Positions 34,801 through 48,620 of a DNA stretch of 64,000 bases are shown here, piece by piece (the stretch's first letter is position 1; every line of letters starts with the position of its first letter). The notes beneath the pieces were generated by a model, which did not search any database, was not told the origin of the DNA, and saw only the letters and a list, made by a program, of their open reading frames with translations. This DNA comes from Macrostomum lignano. Lineage: Eukaryota. The stretch covers positions 113,804 through 177,803 of the forward strand of contig NIVC01002041.1 in the NCBI GenBank assembly GCA_002269645.1, given 5' to 3'. A program made the position numbers and the translations under genes.

Positions 34801-36144
34801 ATTTTTTGTACCCAGCTGTCGATACTTAAGGTTCTGGGTTTTCCCACGGGGATAGAGTAGTCAAGTGGTTACTTTACTTTATACTACTGATGGGAGGCAC
34901 GTACAGGAGCCGCGAAAAGGGACAGGACAAAACATATATATATATATATATATATATGTTTTAGTTCCCAGTTTTGCTTTAGTATTGCTTTGCCATTTCC
35001 ATTTTTCCTATAGTTTTCAGTGCCATATCTGCTTTGCATAGTATTTTCAAATCTGCAAGTTTTTCTGTTTTTTCTTTTTTTGCCAGCATCATTTTGGCTC
35101 GTTTTTTACTGTTTTACATTTTCCCAGTGCCAGTAGCTGTACGCTTTTCATTGATTTTTTATGGTCTGCACTTCCTAAGTCCAGTGCAGTTCAAGTATCT
35201 GTTTCGGTCTGTTTTTGCTTGCGTATTTAAAAGTAGAAATTAAATGGGGAATATACAATAATTCTACAGACAATATATTTGATCGGTGATGGGAACCTTA
35301 ATCAAAAGTTCAAAAGGAAAATTTATAAGAATTTTCAAGTTCTAGCAATTTCAATTTGCAGGTTTCGATCGCCATATTAAATTTCAGTAAAGATAAATAA
35401 CCCAGTTGAAATCGTTTCTTTGCCATCAATAATAAATTCCGTCCGTTATCAGTCCGTCAACGGTATGTGTTTTCGATATATATTAAAAATGGTTTAAGTA
35501 CCGTGTATTCCGTTTATTTTATAAATCAGGCAGATTCATAGCACGTTAAATTTAGTAACCATAAACAGTTTTAATTTATAACAAAATGTTACTCAAAAAC
35601 AAAAAAGATTTTAATGAATACTACTAACCAGTAGAAAGATAACTCTAACAAAACAAAAATTACAATTTTGTGAGTTAAATAAACAAACTGTTTGTCTTCG
35701 GTATTAATCGTTGTCAAAATACCCTTCGAAAAAACAAACAGCATTCTTTCTTGAAATTCAGGGTTACTTGTGGTTTTAAGTAGAAAAATTATTATATTAT
35801 TCTTTTATCTTTAGATGTAAAGCATTATTTTCCATGCCACTGAACTTTTATTTTTTGTCAATTTTTTTACTTCTGTGTTTGAGATTTACCCTTCTAGACT
35901 TCGCGAGTTGATAAATTTAAATTTTGATTTTTTGACCTTCAGTTAAGCTTAAACTATAACAACGCTCTCCAATTTGTTTAGTGAGTAGTAATCAGAAGAT
36001 AAGGAATAATAGCTTTTCAGGTTAAAAGTTGTTAAAAAGTAAAAACTGCTGAATAAATTGTTTTTTAAAAGTATAAGAATTATCGGTTTAAATTAATAAT
36101 TTCTCATTGCTGGTGCCCCTACATGGCTCTTCATATTGCAATTT

Positions 36145-36490
36145 TTCTGGTTCTAGAACCAGAACCAATTTTAAAGTATAACTTTTTATCTCCTTAACTA
36201 GAGGGATATGCTTGCTATAAACTCTTAATTATTGAATAAAAATCGCCAAGAAGAAAGTGAAAATTGTGCGAAGTGAGGCTGTTAAGGCAGTCAAATATTA
36301 ACAGGGCCTTTTCACATTGCTTGCTCTGATTCCAGAACCACAATCAAGTTTGTGAAGTATAACTTTTAGTCTCCATAACTAGAGGGAGATAGGTGCTATA
36401 AAGTTTTTATTATTGAATGACAATCGCCAAGAAGAAAGTGAAAAATTGTGCTAAGTTAGGTTGTTAAGGCAGTCAAATATTAACAGAGTT
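36145..36490. repeat. Diverged tandem duplication, about 180-bp unit
   Basis: The block ...AATCGCCAAGAAGAAAGTGAAAA...TGTTAAGGCAGTCAAATATTAACAG occurs twice, about 180 bp apart. Confidence 0.75.
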
Positions 36491-38599
36491 TAATAGTTAT
36501 ACTGCTGTTTTTCTTGGAATTCCGAACCGATTCTGATTCTGGAATTGGTAATATGAAAAGGCCCACAGAGTTAAATAGTTATACTGCTGTTTTTCTTGGA
36601 AGATCCGAACTGATTCTGGTTCTGTAATTGATAATTGTGAAGAACAGCAATCTGGCAAGTTAATATTAGTGGAAATTTTTTCAAGTAACGTACTAGCCTA
36701 GCCTAGGTTTAAATCTCCTACTTTTTTGATTTTCGAGAAGGATAGGCCCTAGGCCTAACGTTTGTGTGATCTCTTGTGTAATGCTTTTTTCTTAAAACTA
36801 CTTGAGTACTGCACCTAATTTAGGCAAGGCGAGGGCAGGCACTAGAATTCTTAGCATTACCACTTAATAAACGATAGGCCTACTTGACTTCAAGTTGTCC
36901 TCACTCCTCACCTTTGTTCTCTTGGATCTAGTTCTGAATTTTTACTTGTGTTGACTGAATGTGCTGACATATACCTTATTTGTTGATATCAAAAGTTTTC
37001 AGAATTTTGACTTTAAGAGATCTTTACTTAAAATAGGCTTTTAAATCAATAACTTAGTCTTAAAAATTAACCAAACTTCAGAAATTTATCTTATTTCTTA
37101 GTTAAAAATAGGCCTAGGCCACTAATTTTTAAAATGTTAAAAAATGCATATAAAAGATATAATACTTGTTGTATGAATTTCAAAATCTTTTCAAAAGTTG
37201 AGGGTAAAATCTTTAAAAAATTAATTTTAATACTCTACTTTACCAATCCCTAAGCCTAATTTTTTACTTTAGTAAAGGTCTTGACTTTTGTAATATGCTT
37301 GTATGCCAATATATGCACATGTATAAGGCAAATTGGAATAAAAGTAGAATAGTATAGTGGGCCAGTTTTTTCCAATAGATCATAGCAAACTATATTACTA
37401 TATAAACCTTATTAAAAAAGTTTTTTTAAACTATGAAATTGACAAAAATTGTAACAATAACATAAAAAGTCATTGTGAAATATAAAGCTAATGGCAAAAT
37501 AGCAATTTTTTAATTTTTAACCAAACTTTTTACTTTTAATTTATGTTGATAAATTTAAAATTTTGAGAAAATTCTCATTGTTAATTTTTTAGCTAATAGC
37601 TTAATAAGCTATGTTATTGAGGTAGGGGCGGAAAAGAATTTAAAAATTTGAATTGGGGTTGTTCGGGTTTTCTTCAAAACCAGTTAGCATTGCGTTCGCA
37701 CGAATTAAATCCGAAGAATTGCCCAAATGAATCACAACGAATTTTCTTCTCCTTTTACTCCGACAGCCGGGGTCCTCAAGTTCCGGGGGAGGGTAGTCGT
37801 AATCGTAGTGGAGCAGTTGTGTAGCGGTGAAGTTGTTCAAATTGATGAAACACCGTAGTCGGAGATTCCTGACTCCGTAAAATAATGCATTGAATAGCTG
37901 AGTTTGTTACTTTCAGTAGGGTAGTTGCTGCCACCACCGTAATTTATGTACTATAGAACGGATAAGTCTCAGAGCTGTCTTTGAGATGAGAACTTGGTTG
38001 TTTTATGCCCCACGGGCAAATGACTCAATAAATACTATGGCTTATAGTTCAAAAAATAAATATGGTTTGGCGTTTATTAAGTTTCTTAGTAAATTAAATG
38101 GAGCAGGCTTATTAATTAGTGCTGAATTATTATAGGCTACAATAGAATAATTCGTTCACAGCGCCAGATAAATATAGCAAGTATAGAAACAAACAGAATA
38201 GGAGGCAAAAAAGGGGAAGGACCAGAGGGAGTTACAATTTCACCTAAAAATGGAGGGTTTAAATACAAAAGAAAACCCATTCTCCAGTTGGAGCAGTGAC
38301 TAGACTGAGCGATGGACAGGCACCGCTCAAGCGCTAGATCGCACAAAAAATACCGTAAAAGAGTTCATTCCAACAAACGGTTCAGACCGTGGGCACGGTC
38401 GGGCACCACATGGAAAACGCAATGGAATACCTATTGGGCACAATTCCAAACTATGGAGGAAAAATGGGTGGACATCGCACGGACAGTTTTTTTCCAAGCC
38501 AAAATTTGTTATCAATTTAAAAACTTCAATCAAAAGTGGCATCCGCCTGCCACATTATTTTAACTTATCTAAAAAAAAATCTCTGCATGGCAATTTTTT

Positions 38600-40050
38600 A
38601 TGTGTGGTTTCAACATTGAAAGATCTTTTGGCTATCCTATTATAATATTGATTGAATGATTGTTAAATTATTTTTTTCTTGACCTTTTCTTCTTTTTCTT
38701 CTTTTCTTTTCTTCTCATTTTTATTTTTAGAGTCCAAAATATAAAACAAATAAATAAAATAACAGTTTAACATAGTACTGGTAGCAAAGTTGATTGTTAT
38801 GTAGTCAATTGCCACTAAAGCTGACTATATCTATCTCTATAGGTAGCACAATCCAGTTGGAGGCCATTGGTTCTCCAGATGTATGCAAATTCAGCAACAA
38901 AGAAATTTGGCAACAGAAATTTAGCATAGACAAATTTGGCAAAAGCAAATTCAGCAATAATCTTGGCAAATTTAACTATGTATCTTTTTATAGCTAAAGA
39001 CAAGTTAAAGCAAATTATATTTAATAAAGGCTTTCTTAAAATGCTTGAAAAAGTTTATAAATATAAAATATTAGCCATATAAGCCTGTTAAAATAACCAA
39101 AAAGCATGTTAAATTGGACATCCTATATATTTAAGAATATGGTGATATATAGATACCATTTGACATTTTTTAATTTTGTCATTTTTATTTGCATGGCATA
39201 ACTTTGTGAATCCCTTTTCCCAACATTGTAACCAATGGAAAGACCTTATTAGGCATATAGGAAAATCATTTTTCTTATTTTTTCCTAGTCTCAAAGGTTT
39301 TTGCTTATTATGAGGCTGCTCAAAACATTTCTTGGAAAGGACTTTTAAAACTCACAAGGATAAATGATAGATAAAACAAACTATTAAAAGGGAAAACTAA
39401 TATGCATTGAAAAACACCATCTTTTGTACTAAAGGAATTATCTAACTTATAAACAATTTTTTCCTTTATTAATTGTCACTAAATTTGCTTTTACTAAATT
39501 GGTCCATTGTGAATTTCTATTGGCAAATTTGTTTGTTGCTAAATTTGTTTGTTGCCAAATTGATCCACACACTAGTTATGCATCTATCTAGAGAATAGTT
39601 AGTCCAAAATCAGAAAATTAAAGCAATAGCTGAACTTGAATTCTAGTATTGATAGCTTAGTAGCTAATTTTTCAATTTCAAATGCGTCTCCCTTTAAAGG
39701 TCCCTTTATAATATCTTAGCCTTTTGACCATAGGCATATTTTCATGCTTTGTGCATATAAAACATACTATTTTAATAATTCCTGACATATCAATGTATAA
39801 ATTTAAATCTTATATAGACTTTGCTAAATAAAATTACCTAGTCACACTATTATCTAACATTAAAATAGTACCTTTGTGTTGTAATGTGGCAATTGACTAT
39901 AACAAACAATTTTGTTGCTAGTACATATTAAGCTATTAATTAATTTATTTGTTTTATGTTTTTGTACTTGAAAAAATAGAAAGGAATTGAATTCAAGCAA
40001 AAAATAATTTAATGAACAATTCTATATGATAGCCAACCTTTTTATGTGGT
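38600..40050. repeat. Large decayed AT-rich inverted-repeat element
   Basis: Several blocks at 38620-38960 match the reverse complement of blocks at 39515-40045, for example GTAGTCAATTGCCAC / GTGGCAATTGACTA. Confidence 0.5.
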
Positions 40051-41614
40051 TTTGATACCTTGGCCAATATGTGGCCAAATACATTTTTGGGAGCCAATAG
40101 CCTCTTATAACCAAGAATGTTATTTTATATATCACAAGTAGATTATAAACTTTTTCAAATGCTACTTCTAGTTTTCTTGTTGCACTGCACAAGATTTTCA
40201 AAAATATCTAGATAACTGCATAAGTTTATCAACAATTTGTATGCCCAAGAATGTATCTAGGATTTTGCATAAAAATTCTATCCTAGTAACTTATGCTTAA
40301 TATAAGAAAAAAAGAAATTAGAAGAACTATTTTTCTCTAGTCTTTTTAGTCTTATGCATTTAAGCCTAAGCCTAAGGTTGACTTTTGCAAGCATTATTTT
40401 AAATATATCATCTATTCTAGTTGTATTATTAGACTTATTTTTATCTAAAACAAGAGATAAAAAAGCTAAAGAGGATATTTTGGCATAGAAATGTGTTAGA
40501 TATAAATTTATATAATTATACAAAATATTTCTTAAATAAATAAGCAACCTAATTAAAACATGTAAGTATTTTGGTCTTAGAAAACAATGCTTGCAAGGGG
40601 GTATTTGGCATGGTAGTGAAATATAAGATAAACTAGGCCTATAGGCTAACATCTGCAATGTTTCATGCTTGCCTATATCTTGAGCAAGTTCAGGCTAATA
40701 AAAAGTTTATACCCCTTATTTGCCTTATCTTTCATTATACTCATCCTTGCAAGTGTTCAAGGCAAAGTGGCAGACCCTAGGGCTATTAGACAGACTAGGC
40801 TCTAGCCTCCAATGCTGGCTATTTATCTAGTGGCTTTTGTCAAACTTAAATATGCTAGTCTAGTTTACCAATCTATAGGCTATGGTACTACTTAATGTAC
40901 CCTTTTATACCTGAGCTGTTTGACTATGCACCAATGGGCTAGAAAGTAGTCCAGTTGCTAGCAATCCCTTTCCTAGTGTTAAGCCAGCCTTGAGGGTTCT
41001 TTTGGTCTATTGCCCAGTCAGGTAGTGAACAAATGGTTACTATGCCTTTTTAAGGATAGCCTAAAAGCCTTAAACGTAGCAGTTTAGCTGACTATAGATA
41101 ATAGCTATTGGCAATACTGGGGTACCTCCCTGGGTAGTGCCAACCCTTTGTCTATAGCAATGTGTCAACTGTTCAAGGATTAGTGGAATAGGTATCCATG
41201 CCTTCTCACTGTGTCAGCACTGTGTCAAGTTGGTAAACAGCACTTGGTATAAATCAAGCCTAGTAATAGCCAAATGATATTTTTCCTAGTCTATTGGGGT
41301 ATAGGTAATGTAAGTATCTTGGCATACTAAAGCAATTGTTGCAATATGGATAAGCAAAGCACATTTTAAAAAATTTAAAAAATTAGGATACAAGTTTGCA
41401 CTTTCAAAATCTTAGTAGTGCCTTTACCAGGCACTTGTTCAAATTGTGCATGTTTGTTGTTTAATATGACTTTGATTTAATATGAAAGTGTTTTAGACCT
41501 ATTCCTAATTATGTTTTCAGTATTTACTAGGACTGGTCTCAATATTAAGATACTGATTTATTTCTAAAGTATCTAAAACTGTAAATTTGCTTGTCGCATG
41601 CTCTCTGCAAAAGC

Positions 41615-44600
41615 ATGCTATTGCCTCAGTTGAGACGCTTAGCACCATTGGCCTATCGTGGCCTCTCTTCCCAGTCTGCTGCTGCAGTGCCAAACAGTAC
41701 GCCATTGCAACAAACTGTGACAGTGGTGCCCGGAGATGGCGTCTTCCCTGAACTGTTGGACGCTACAAAGCAGGTTAGCATTAGCAAGTTTTTTTCCAAC
41801 TGGATGTCATTTAATTTTTGTTCCTTAAGTTCCATAACTTTCTATAATTTATAAATCCACTTCTTTATTTGAGGTTTTAATAGTTTTGTAATTATCTGGA
41901 TTCTTTGGATTTTAAGACTTCTATCAATTGTCAAATTTGAGTAATCTGTTAACATGGAATCTGCAGACTTGTGCATGTTTATGGGTCAGATTTAGTGAGC
42001 CTCGGAAGTTGTAAAGGGTGGGGTGAATATGTTTTAAATTTTTTTTTCTTTATTGCACTTTTGAATTGATTAAATAAGTTCAGAGATTGTGTTTGGTCCT
42101 TTAGGGGTTGTAGCCTAGTGCTAAGAGCGTCGGACTTACGACTTGAAGGTCGGGGGTTCGATTCCGTTCCCACTGGAACAATTTGTGTCCTTGAGCAAGA
42201 CACTTAACTCTGCATTGCTTCAGTTCACCCAGCTGTAAAATGGGTGCCAGCATTAGCTGGGGTAATTGAGGCTGTGTGGCGACCCCCCAGTCCTTGGACT
42301 GAACAGCCGTACGCAGCCTTCAGATGCGCCGCGCAATAGCTGCGCCTGAGCTGTCGGTTGCACATATGGCCCAATTGAGGCAGGTGTAATAAATTATTAT
42401 TGTTATTATTGGTCCTAAGTGGCTCTCTATGTCACTCGATGCCGTCGAATAAAATTGTAGCTTCATTCCGTTTTTACTGTCTTAATTTTTTAGTATAGTT
42501 AGCATTAAAAATAAAGAAGTTTATGTAAAGCAAAGCAAGGTAAAGCCCAAATTATTAAGCTACAAATAAAGCTTGTAAAATAGGATAACAAATACACAGA
42601 TGTAAAATGTAAACACCATTTTACGAGTTAAATACTTTTTTTTTTATTAGAGGCAGGGGGTTGTGTGCACCCTGGCGCAATTTAAGCGTCATTTGCACAC
42701 AACCGGCGAGAGGCATTGCTGCCCATTCCGCCGACTCCCCTGAGCAGGCATACAAGCGCGCGGATACGTACGCAGGCACACACTCACACAGGAGTGTACA
42801 GCGGCCCTAACTTTATATTATCGTTAGGCATGTACACTTCACTGCGCCTTGGAGGGTTGGCTCTCAAGGCCGTTAATTGCACAAGCGAGCCAAGCCGAAA
42901 TTCCAATTCAGCTCCAAATTAATGTGGCTGCACTTGGAATCGAGCCTGGGTCGCTGGCACACCAGAGCAGCTGCGCTACCGCTGGGCTACGGCCCCCCTA
43001 GTTAAATACTATATATATTTTATAAAATCTACGTAAATATTTCAAAAAGTATAGTTTTGCATTCCCTTCTTAGAAGTCGTATAAATATCGGTAGAAATTG
43101 ATGCATTTACTAATCACTGCTTTTTCGAATCAGAATTATATCTACTTATCGTAATGGTGTAGCCTTACTCATTTTATTAATCACACTATTTAATCAGGTA
43201 CTAAAGGCAGCCGGCGCCCCGCTCGCCTACGAGCAGGTGTACGTTAGCGACGTGAATCGCAGTTTAAGCCAGCCGCTTGACACCCTAATGGAGTCTATTC
43301 AACGCAATAAGGTTGCCCTAATGGGTATAATGTCTCACCCGACCTATGGCTCGGACCTGGCTAGCAGCAGCATGCGACTGCGCCGCAAGCTCGACATGTT
43401 TGCCAGCTGCGTGAATGTCCGTTCTATGCCCGGCATCACTAGCCGGCACAAGAGCATCAATTTAGTCATCATACGGGAGCAGACCGAGGGCGAGTATAGC
43501 GCACTGGAGCACGAGACGGTGCCTGGCGTAGTTGAATCACTGAAAATTGTCACCAGAAAGAATAGCGAACGGATTGCTAAATTTGCATTCGACTATGCTG
43601 TTAAGAATGGTAGAAAACGGGTTACCGCCGTGCACAAAGCCAATATTATGAAGCTCGGTGACGGCCTTTTCTTGGAATCGTGCAAAGAGGTATGTTATAT
43701 TTCTTTTAGCCTATTGACTTCAGTAATGTATTGGCTTCTGTAGTACTGTTCAGTTCCATCTAACTTATCTATACTCTGCGAGAGCCGCTATCCCCTTCAG
43801 TGGTCCTTTAGTGAGAGCCGCTATCCCCTTCAGTGGTCCTTTAGTGAGAGCCGCTATCCCCTTCAGTGGTCCTTTAGTGAGAGCCGCTATCCCCTTCAGT
43901 GGTCCTTTAGTGAGAGCCGCTATCCCCTTCAGTGGTCCTTTAGTGAGAGCTGCTATTCCCTTCAGTGAGAGCCGCCATCCCCTTCAGTGAGAGCCGCTAT
44001 CCCCTTCAGTGAGAGCCGCCATCCCCTTCAGTGAGAGCCGCTATCCCCTTTAGTGAGAGCTGCTATGCCCTTCAGTGGTCCTTTAGTGAGAGCCGCTATC
44101 CCCTTCAGTGAGAGCCGCTATGCCCTTCAGTGAGAGCCGCTATCCCCTTCAGTGAGAGCCGCTATGCCCTTCAGTGAGAGCCGCTATCCCCTTCAGTGAG
44201 AGCCGCCATCCCCTTCAGTGAGAGCTGCTATCCCCTTCAGTTAGAGCTGCTATCCCCTTCAGTGAGAGCCGCCATCCCCTTCAGTGAGAGCCGCTATCCC
44301 CTTCAGTGAGAGCCGCTATCCCCTTCAGTGAGAGCCGCTATCGCCTTCAGTGAGAGCCGCCATCCCCTTCAGTGAGAGCCGCTATCCCCTTCAGTGAGAG
44401 CCGCTATCGCCTTCAGTGAGAGCCGCCATCCCCTTCAGTGAGAGCCGCTATCCCCTTCAGTGAGAGCCGCTATCGCCTTCAGTGAGAGCCGCCATCCCCT
44501 TCAGTGAGAGCCGCTATCCCCTTCAGTGAGAGCCGCTATCCCCTTCAGTGAGAGCCGCTATCCCCTTCGTGTCCATCAGTGATGAGAGCAAATGCTTAAC

Positions 44601-45087
44601 TCAGTGCAGAAATCATATCTGCATCTGCCATTCCTCCTGTGCCCAGGTCAGCCAGCTCTACCCGGGCATCGAGCTGGAGAACATGATTATAGACAATTGC
44701 TGCATGCAATTAGTTTCCAGGCCTGAACAATTCGACGTTATGGTTATGCCGAATCTCTATGGCAACATCATTGACAACTTGGCCTCGGGTTTAGTTGGCG
44801 GGGCCGGCATCGTCCCGGGCGCCTCTTATTCGCACGATTGCGTCATCTTCGAGTCCGGCGCCAGGCACCCGTTCGCCCAGGCAGTCGGCAAGGATATCGC
44901 CAATCCCACGGCTATGTTCCTGGCCTCGGCCAACATGCTGAACCATTTGAATTTGCCAATGCACGGTAGACGTATACGCCAGGCCGTGTTCCGCGTGCTC
45001 GAGGCTGGCAAGTGTCAAACTCGCGACCTTGGCGGACACGCGCGCACCTCGGAATTCACCTACGCTGTTATTAACAATATGGAATGA
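41615..45087 (+). CDS. IDH3B: NAD-dependent isocitrate dehydrogenase subunit beta, mitochondrial, 3 exons, about 363 aa
   Basis: Exons are 41615-41773, 43198-43689 and 44647-45087, with phase-0 GT-AG introns. Motifs [54 protein letters not shown] and the beta-type [11 protein letters not shown]. Confidence 0.93.
42104..42410 (+). mobile_element. tRNA-derived SINE with a Nin/Deu-like central domain
   Basis: A-box TAGCCTAGTGCTAAG, B-box GGTTCGATTCC, core GTGTCCTTGAGCAAGACACTT...CACCCAGCTGTAAAATGGGT, and an (ATT)n tail. Confidence 0.8.
42650..42998 (-). mobile_element. Second tRNA-derived SINE (different family)
   Basis: The minus strand starts GGGGCCGTAGCCCAGCGGTAGCGC (A box) and continues to GGCTCGATTCC (B box). 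A body fragment resembles about 19060-19140. Confidence 0.68.
43780..44567. repeat. 22-bp intronic minisatellite (GTGAGAGCCGCTATCCCCTTCA), with longer variants at the 5' end
   Basis: Directly visible in IDH3B intron 2. Confidence 0.95.
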
Positions 45088-45814
45088 TTTCTCTTGTGGC
45101 GCCTTTTGAAGTCTGCGTGGTAAATCTAAGAATAACTCGGACCTCTGTCTGAATAGAAATCTTATACATAGTCTAAACAGACAATTTTTAGCCTCCTCTC
45201 CGCTATTCTGCGCCTCTGACTCATTTAAACAACCTTTTCTGTTCTCAGAAACAAAGACGCTAGCTAGGTGTTTTGTGTGTGAGGAGAAATTTAGTGTTTA
45301 ATTTTATTGTTTAAAATTTATCCCACGTGTGCTTGGGTAAAGCTCGCCGAAGTTGGACTATTTAGAAATGAAACAAATATTATTGAAAGCTAATATTCGT
45401 CTTTAGCAGCTACTAAAAATTTGTCATTGTAAAATGCACCCATATTTGTCGTTTAGTAAATATATAAAAAACAGAATTAAAAGGTTATTTTATATTGATT
45501 ATTTTTTAATTCCTTCATTTAAATCATTTAAATCCTTGCAAGCTCAAGTTATCTGAGAAACATTGCACTTCTAAGGTATGAATTTTTTATTAAATCATAA
45601 TTAGAAATATGTCCCGTCCATTTACTTTCAGTAGTCTAGAGAGCAATAAATGGTTGTAATTAAACAAAAAACTTTTTGGTAGATGAAAAGTAAGCCTAAG
45701 TATTTCAGATCTACTTAGTAAGTAGTACAATTGCAAATCTCGCTTACCTTTCGCTTAGCAACCAGGTAAAGCATTTAAATTCAATTGCAGCCCTCATTTC
45801 CGTCGTCAGCAAAG

Positions 45815-46294
45815 ATGCTTCGCAACAGTGCCCGACTGCTTCAGAACTCATCGGTCATTGCTGGCCGATTCCGTCGCAGCCTGTCGGACATGGCGTTCAC
45901 CTTAGCCTCTCCAGGTGAAGTGTTCTACCGATCGGCTAAGGTGCGCCAAGTTGATGTGCCAACCCTCACGGGCAGCATCGGCGTTCTGGCCAATCACGTG
46001 CCTCTGCTAGGCTGCCTAAAGCCGGGCGTAGTGTCCGTACACGAGGAGGACGGCAGTATTAAAAAATACTTTGTCAGCTCGGGCTCGGTCACTATTAATG
46101 ACGATTCCTCTGTGCAGATCCTGGCGGAGGAGCTGGCCTCGCTAGCCCAGCTGGACCCCGCGGCTGCCCGCGACGGCCTGGCCAAGGCGCAGCAGGCGGC
46201 CAATGCCGCCACTGACGAACTGTCTAGGGCGGAGGCCACCGTTGAAGTCGAAGCGTTCGAAGCCGTTATCAAGGCGCTTGACGAGAACAAGTAG
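45815..46294 (+). CDS. ATP5F1D: Mitochondrial ATP synthase F1 subunit delta, single exon, 159 aa
   Basis: Presequence MLRNSARLL...RFRRSLS, then FTLASP, VRQVDVPTLTGSIGVLANHVP, LKPGVVSV and YFVSSGSVTINDDSSVQILAEE. Confidence 0.95.
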   Translation: MLRNSARLLQNSSVIAGRFRRSLSDMAFTLASPGEVFYRSAKVRQVDVPTLTGSIGVLANHVPLLGCLKPGVVSVHEEDGSIKKYFVSSGSVTINDDSSVQILAEELASLAQLDPAAARDGLAKAQQAANAATDELSRAEATVEVEAFEAVIKALDENK

Positions 46295-46741
46295 ATATTT
46301 GTAGCTAAACAAGAATAGACAGATCTATTGACAGTGTGTTAGAAATATTCTGTTTAACTTTCCCTTTAGCAAATATCCTAAAGCTAAGCATAACTATTAA
46401 GTCTGTATAACTCAACGGAAATCGTATAACCCACTAGAAGCTTATAACATCGTTCGGATAACTATATAAACAGTTAGCTAGCTAGTTAACAGCCCTAGCC
46501 AATAAATAGCTTTGAACACGCTGAAATGTGTGTTAATAATTGCGTCTCTGACTTACTTTCTGCTATTAACTTTTTATCGTGCTTTGTATCAGGATTCTTT
46601 AGATTTTACCCCACTAAATTACACCTTGGTAGATAATCGAACAGGCTTTGTTGCGCAGTGCTGAGAACTAAGCGTCGATCAAATCACCAATGAGATGGTG
46701 GTTAGCTGAAGGACCAGGAGATAGCTGGACTCACTGAAAGA

Positions 46742-48422
46742 AATAGCGGCTCTCACTGATAGGGAATAGCGGCTCTCACTGATAGGGAATAGCGGCTCTC
46801 ACTGATAGGGAATAGCGGCTCTCACTGATAGGGAATAGCGGCTCTCACTGATAGGGAATAGCGGCTCTCACTGATAGGGAATAGCGGCTCTCACTGATAG
46901 GGAATAGCGGCTCTCACTGATAGGGAATAGCGGCTCTCACTGATAGGTAATAGCGGCTCTCACTGATAGGTAATAGCGGCTCTCACTGATAGGTAATAGC
47001 GGCTCTCACTGATAGGGAATAGCGGCTCTCACTGATTGGGAATAGCGGCTCTCACTAATTGGGAAAAGCGGCTCTCACTAATAGGGAATAGCGGCTCTCA
47101 CTGATAGGGAATAGCGGCTCTCACTGATAGGGAATAGCGGCTCTCACTGATAGGGAATAGCGGCTCTCACTGATAGGTAATAGCGGCTCTCACTGATAGG
47201 GAATAGCGGCTCTCACTGATAGGGAATAGCGGCTCTCACTGATAGGGAATAGCGGCTCTCACTGATAGGGAATAGCGGCTCTCACTGATTGGGAATAGCG
47301 GCTCTCACTAATTGGGAAAAGCGGCTCTCACTAATAGGGAATAGCGGCTCTCACTGATAGGAAATAGCGGCTCTCACTGATAGGTAATAGCGGCTCTCAC
47401 TGATAGGTAATAGCGGCTCTCACTGATTGGGAATAGCGGCTCTCACTGATAGGGAATAGCGGCTCTCAATGATAGGGAATAGCGGCTCTCACTGATAGGG
47501 AATAGCGGCTCTCACTGATAGGTAATAGCGGCTCTCACTGATAGGTAATAGCGGCTCTCACTGATAGGTAATAGCGGCTCTCACTGATAGGGAATAGCGG
47601 CTCTCACTGATAGGGAATAGCGGCTCTCACTGATAGGGAATAGCGGCTCTCACTGATAGGGAATAGCGGCTCTCACTGATAGGGAATAGCGGCTCTCACT
47701 GATAGGTAATAGCGGCTCTCACTGATAGGTAATAGCGGCTCTCACTGATAGGGAATAGCGGCTCTCACTGATAGGGAATAGCGGCTCTCACTGATAGGGA
47801 ATAGCGGCTCTCACTGATAGGTAATAGCGGCTCTCACTGATAGGGAATAGCGGCTCTCACTGATAGGGAATAGCGGCTCTCACTGATAGGGAATAGCGGC
47901 TCTCACTGATAGGGAATAGCGGCTCTCACTGATAGGGAATAGCGGCTCTCACTGATTGGGAATAGCGGCTCTCACTAATTGGGAAAAGCGGCTCTCACTA
48001 ATAGGGAATAGCGGCTCTCACTGATAGGAAATAGCGGCTCTCACTGATAGGTAATAGCGGCTCTCACTGATAGGGAATAGCGGCTCTCACTGATTGGGAA
48101 TAGCGGCTCTCACTGACTGAATGGCATAGCGGCTTTCACTGACTAAATGGCATAGCGCTCTCACTGACTGAAGGGGATAGCGGCTCTCACTGACTGAAGG
48201 GGATAGCGGCCCTCACTGACTGAATGGCATAGCGGCTTTCACTGACTAAATGGCATAGCGCTCTCACTGACTGAAGGGGATAGCGGCTCTCACTGACTGA
48301 AGGGGATAGCGGCTCTCACTGACTGAAGGGGATAGCGGCTCTCACTGACTGAAGGGGATAGCGGCTCTCACTGACTGAAGGGGATAGCGGCTCTCACTGA
48401 CTGAAGGGGATAAGCGGCTCTC
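46742..48422. repeat. 23-bp minisatellite (AATAGCGGCTCTCACTGATAGGG, about 60 copies) switching to 26-bp units near 48110
   Basis: Directly visible. The core is the reverse complement of the 43780-44567 unit. Confidence 0.96.
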
Positions 48423-48620
48423 AATAAAGGATCAGGAGATAACAGGGCAGCTCTTACCGAGCCAAATATTCATCATATTCAATAGTCTCGCTGTATTTTA
48501 TTCTCAATGCATGCCCACCAAGTTCGCTTATCCTCAGTGCACAGCTTATATCCCAAATCTCCCCTTGATCAATCTTTAAGTGTGCTTTAAGAGCCCTCGC
48601 ATTACAAGAATCGCAGCAAG

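Noticed and set aside
37640-38563. GC-richer islands with short ORFs in the AT-rich block
   Set aside because: Only a faint likeness to transposase fragments, with no convincing motif or splice chain.
42104-42175. A functional tRNA gene
   Set aside because: The stems pair poorly and the sequence runs straight into a SINE body and tail.
45766-45790. 25-nt GT-AG intron in the ATP5F1D 5' UTR
   Set aside because: It is too short for normal cis-splicing, so the AG is treated as a possible trans-splice acceptor.
8437-48422. Tandem arrays as CRISPR-like repeat-spacer arrays
   Set aside because: The units are contiguous with no unique spacers, there are no cas genes, and the context is eukaryotic introns.
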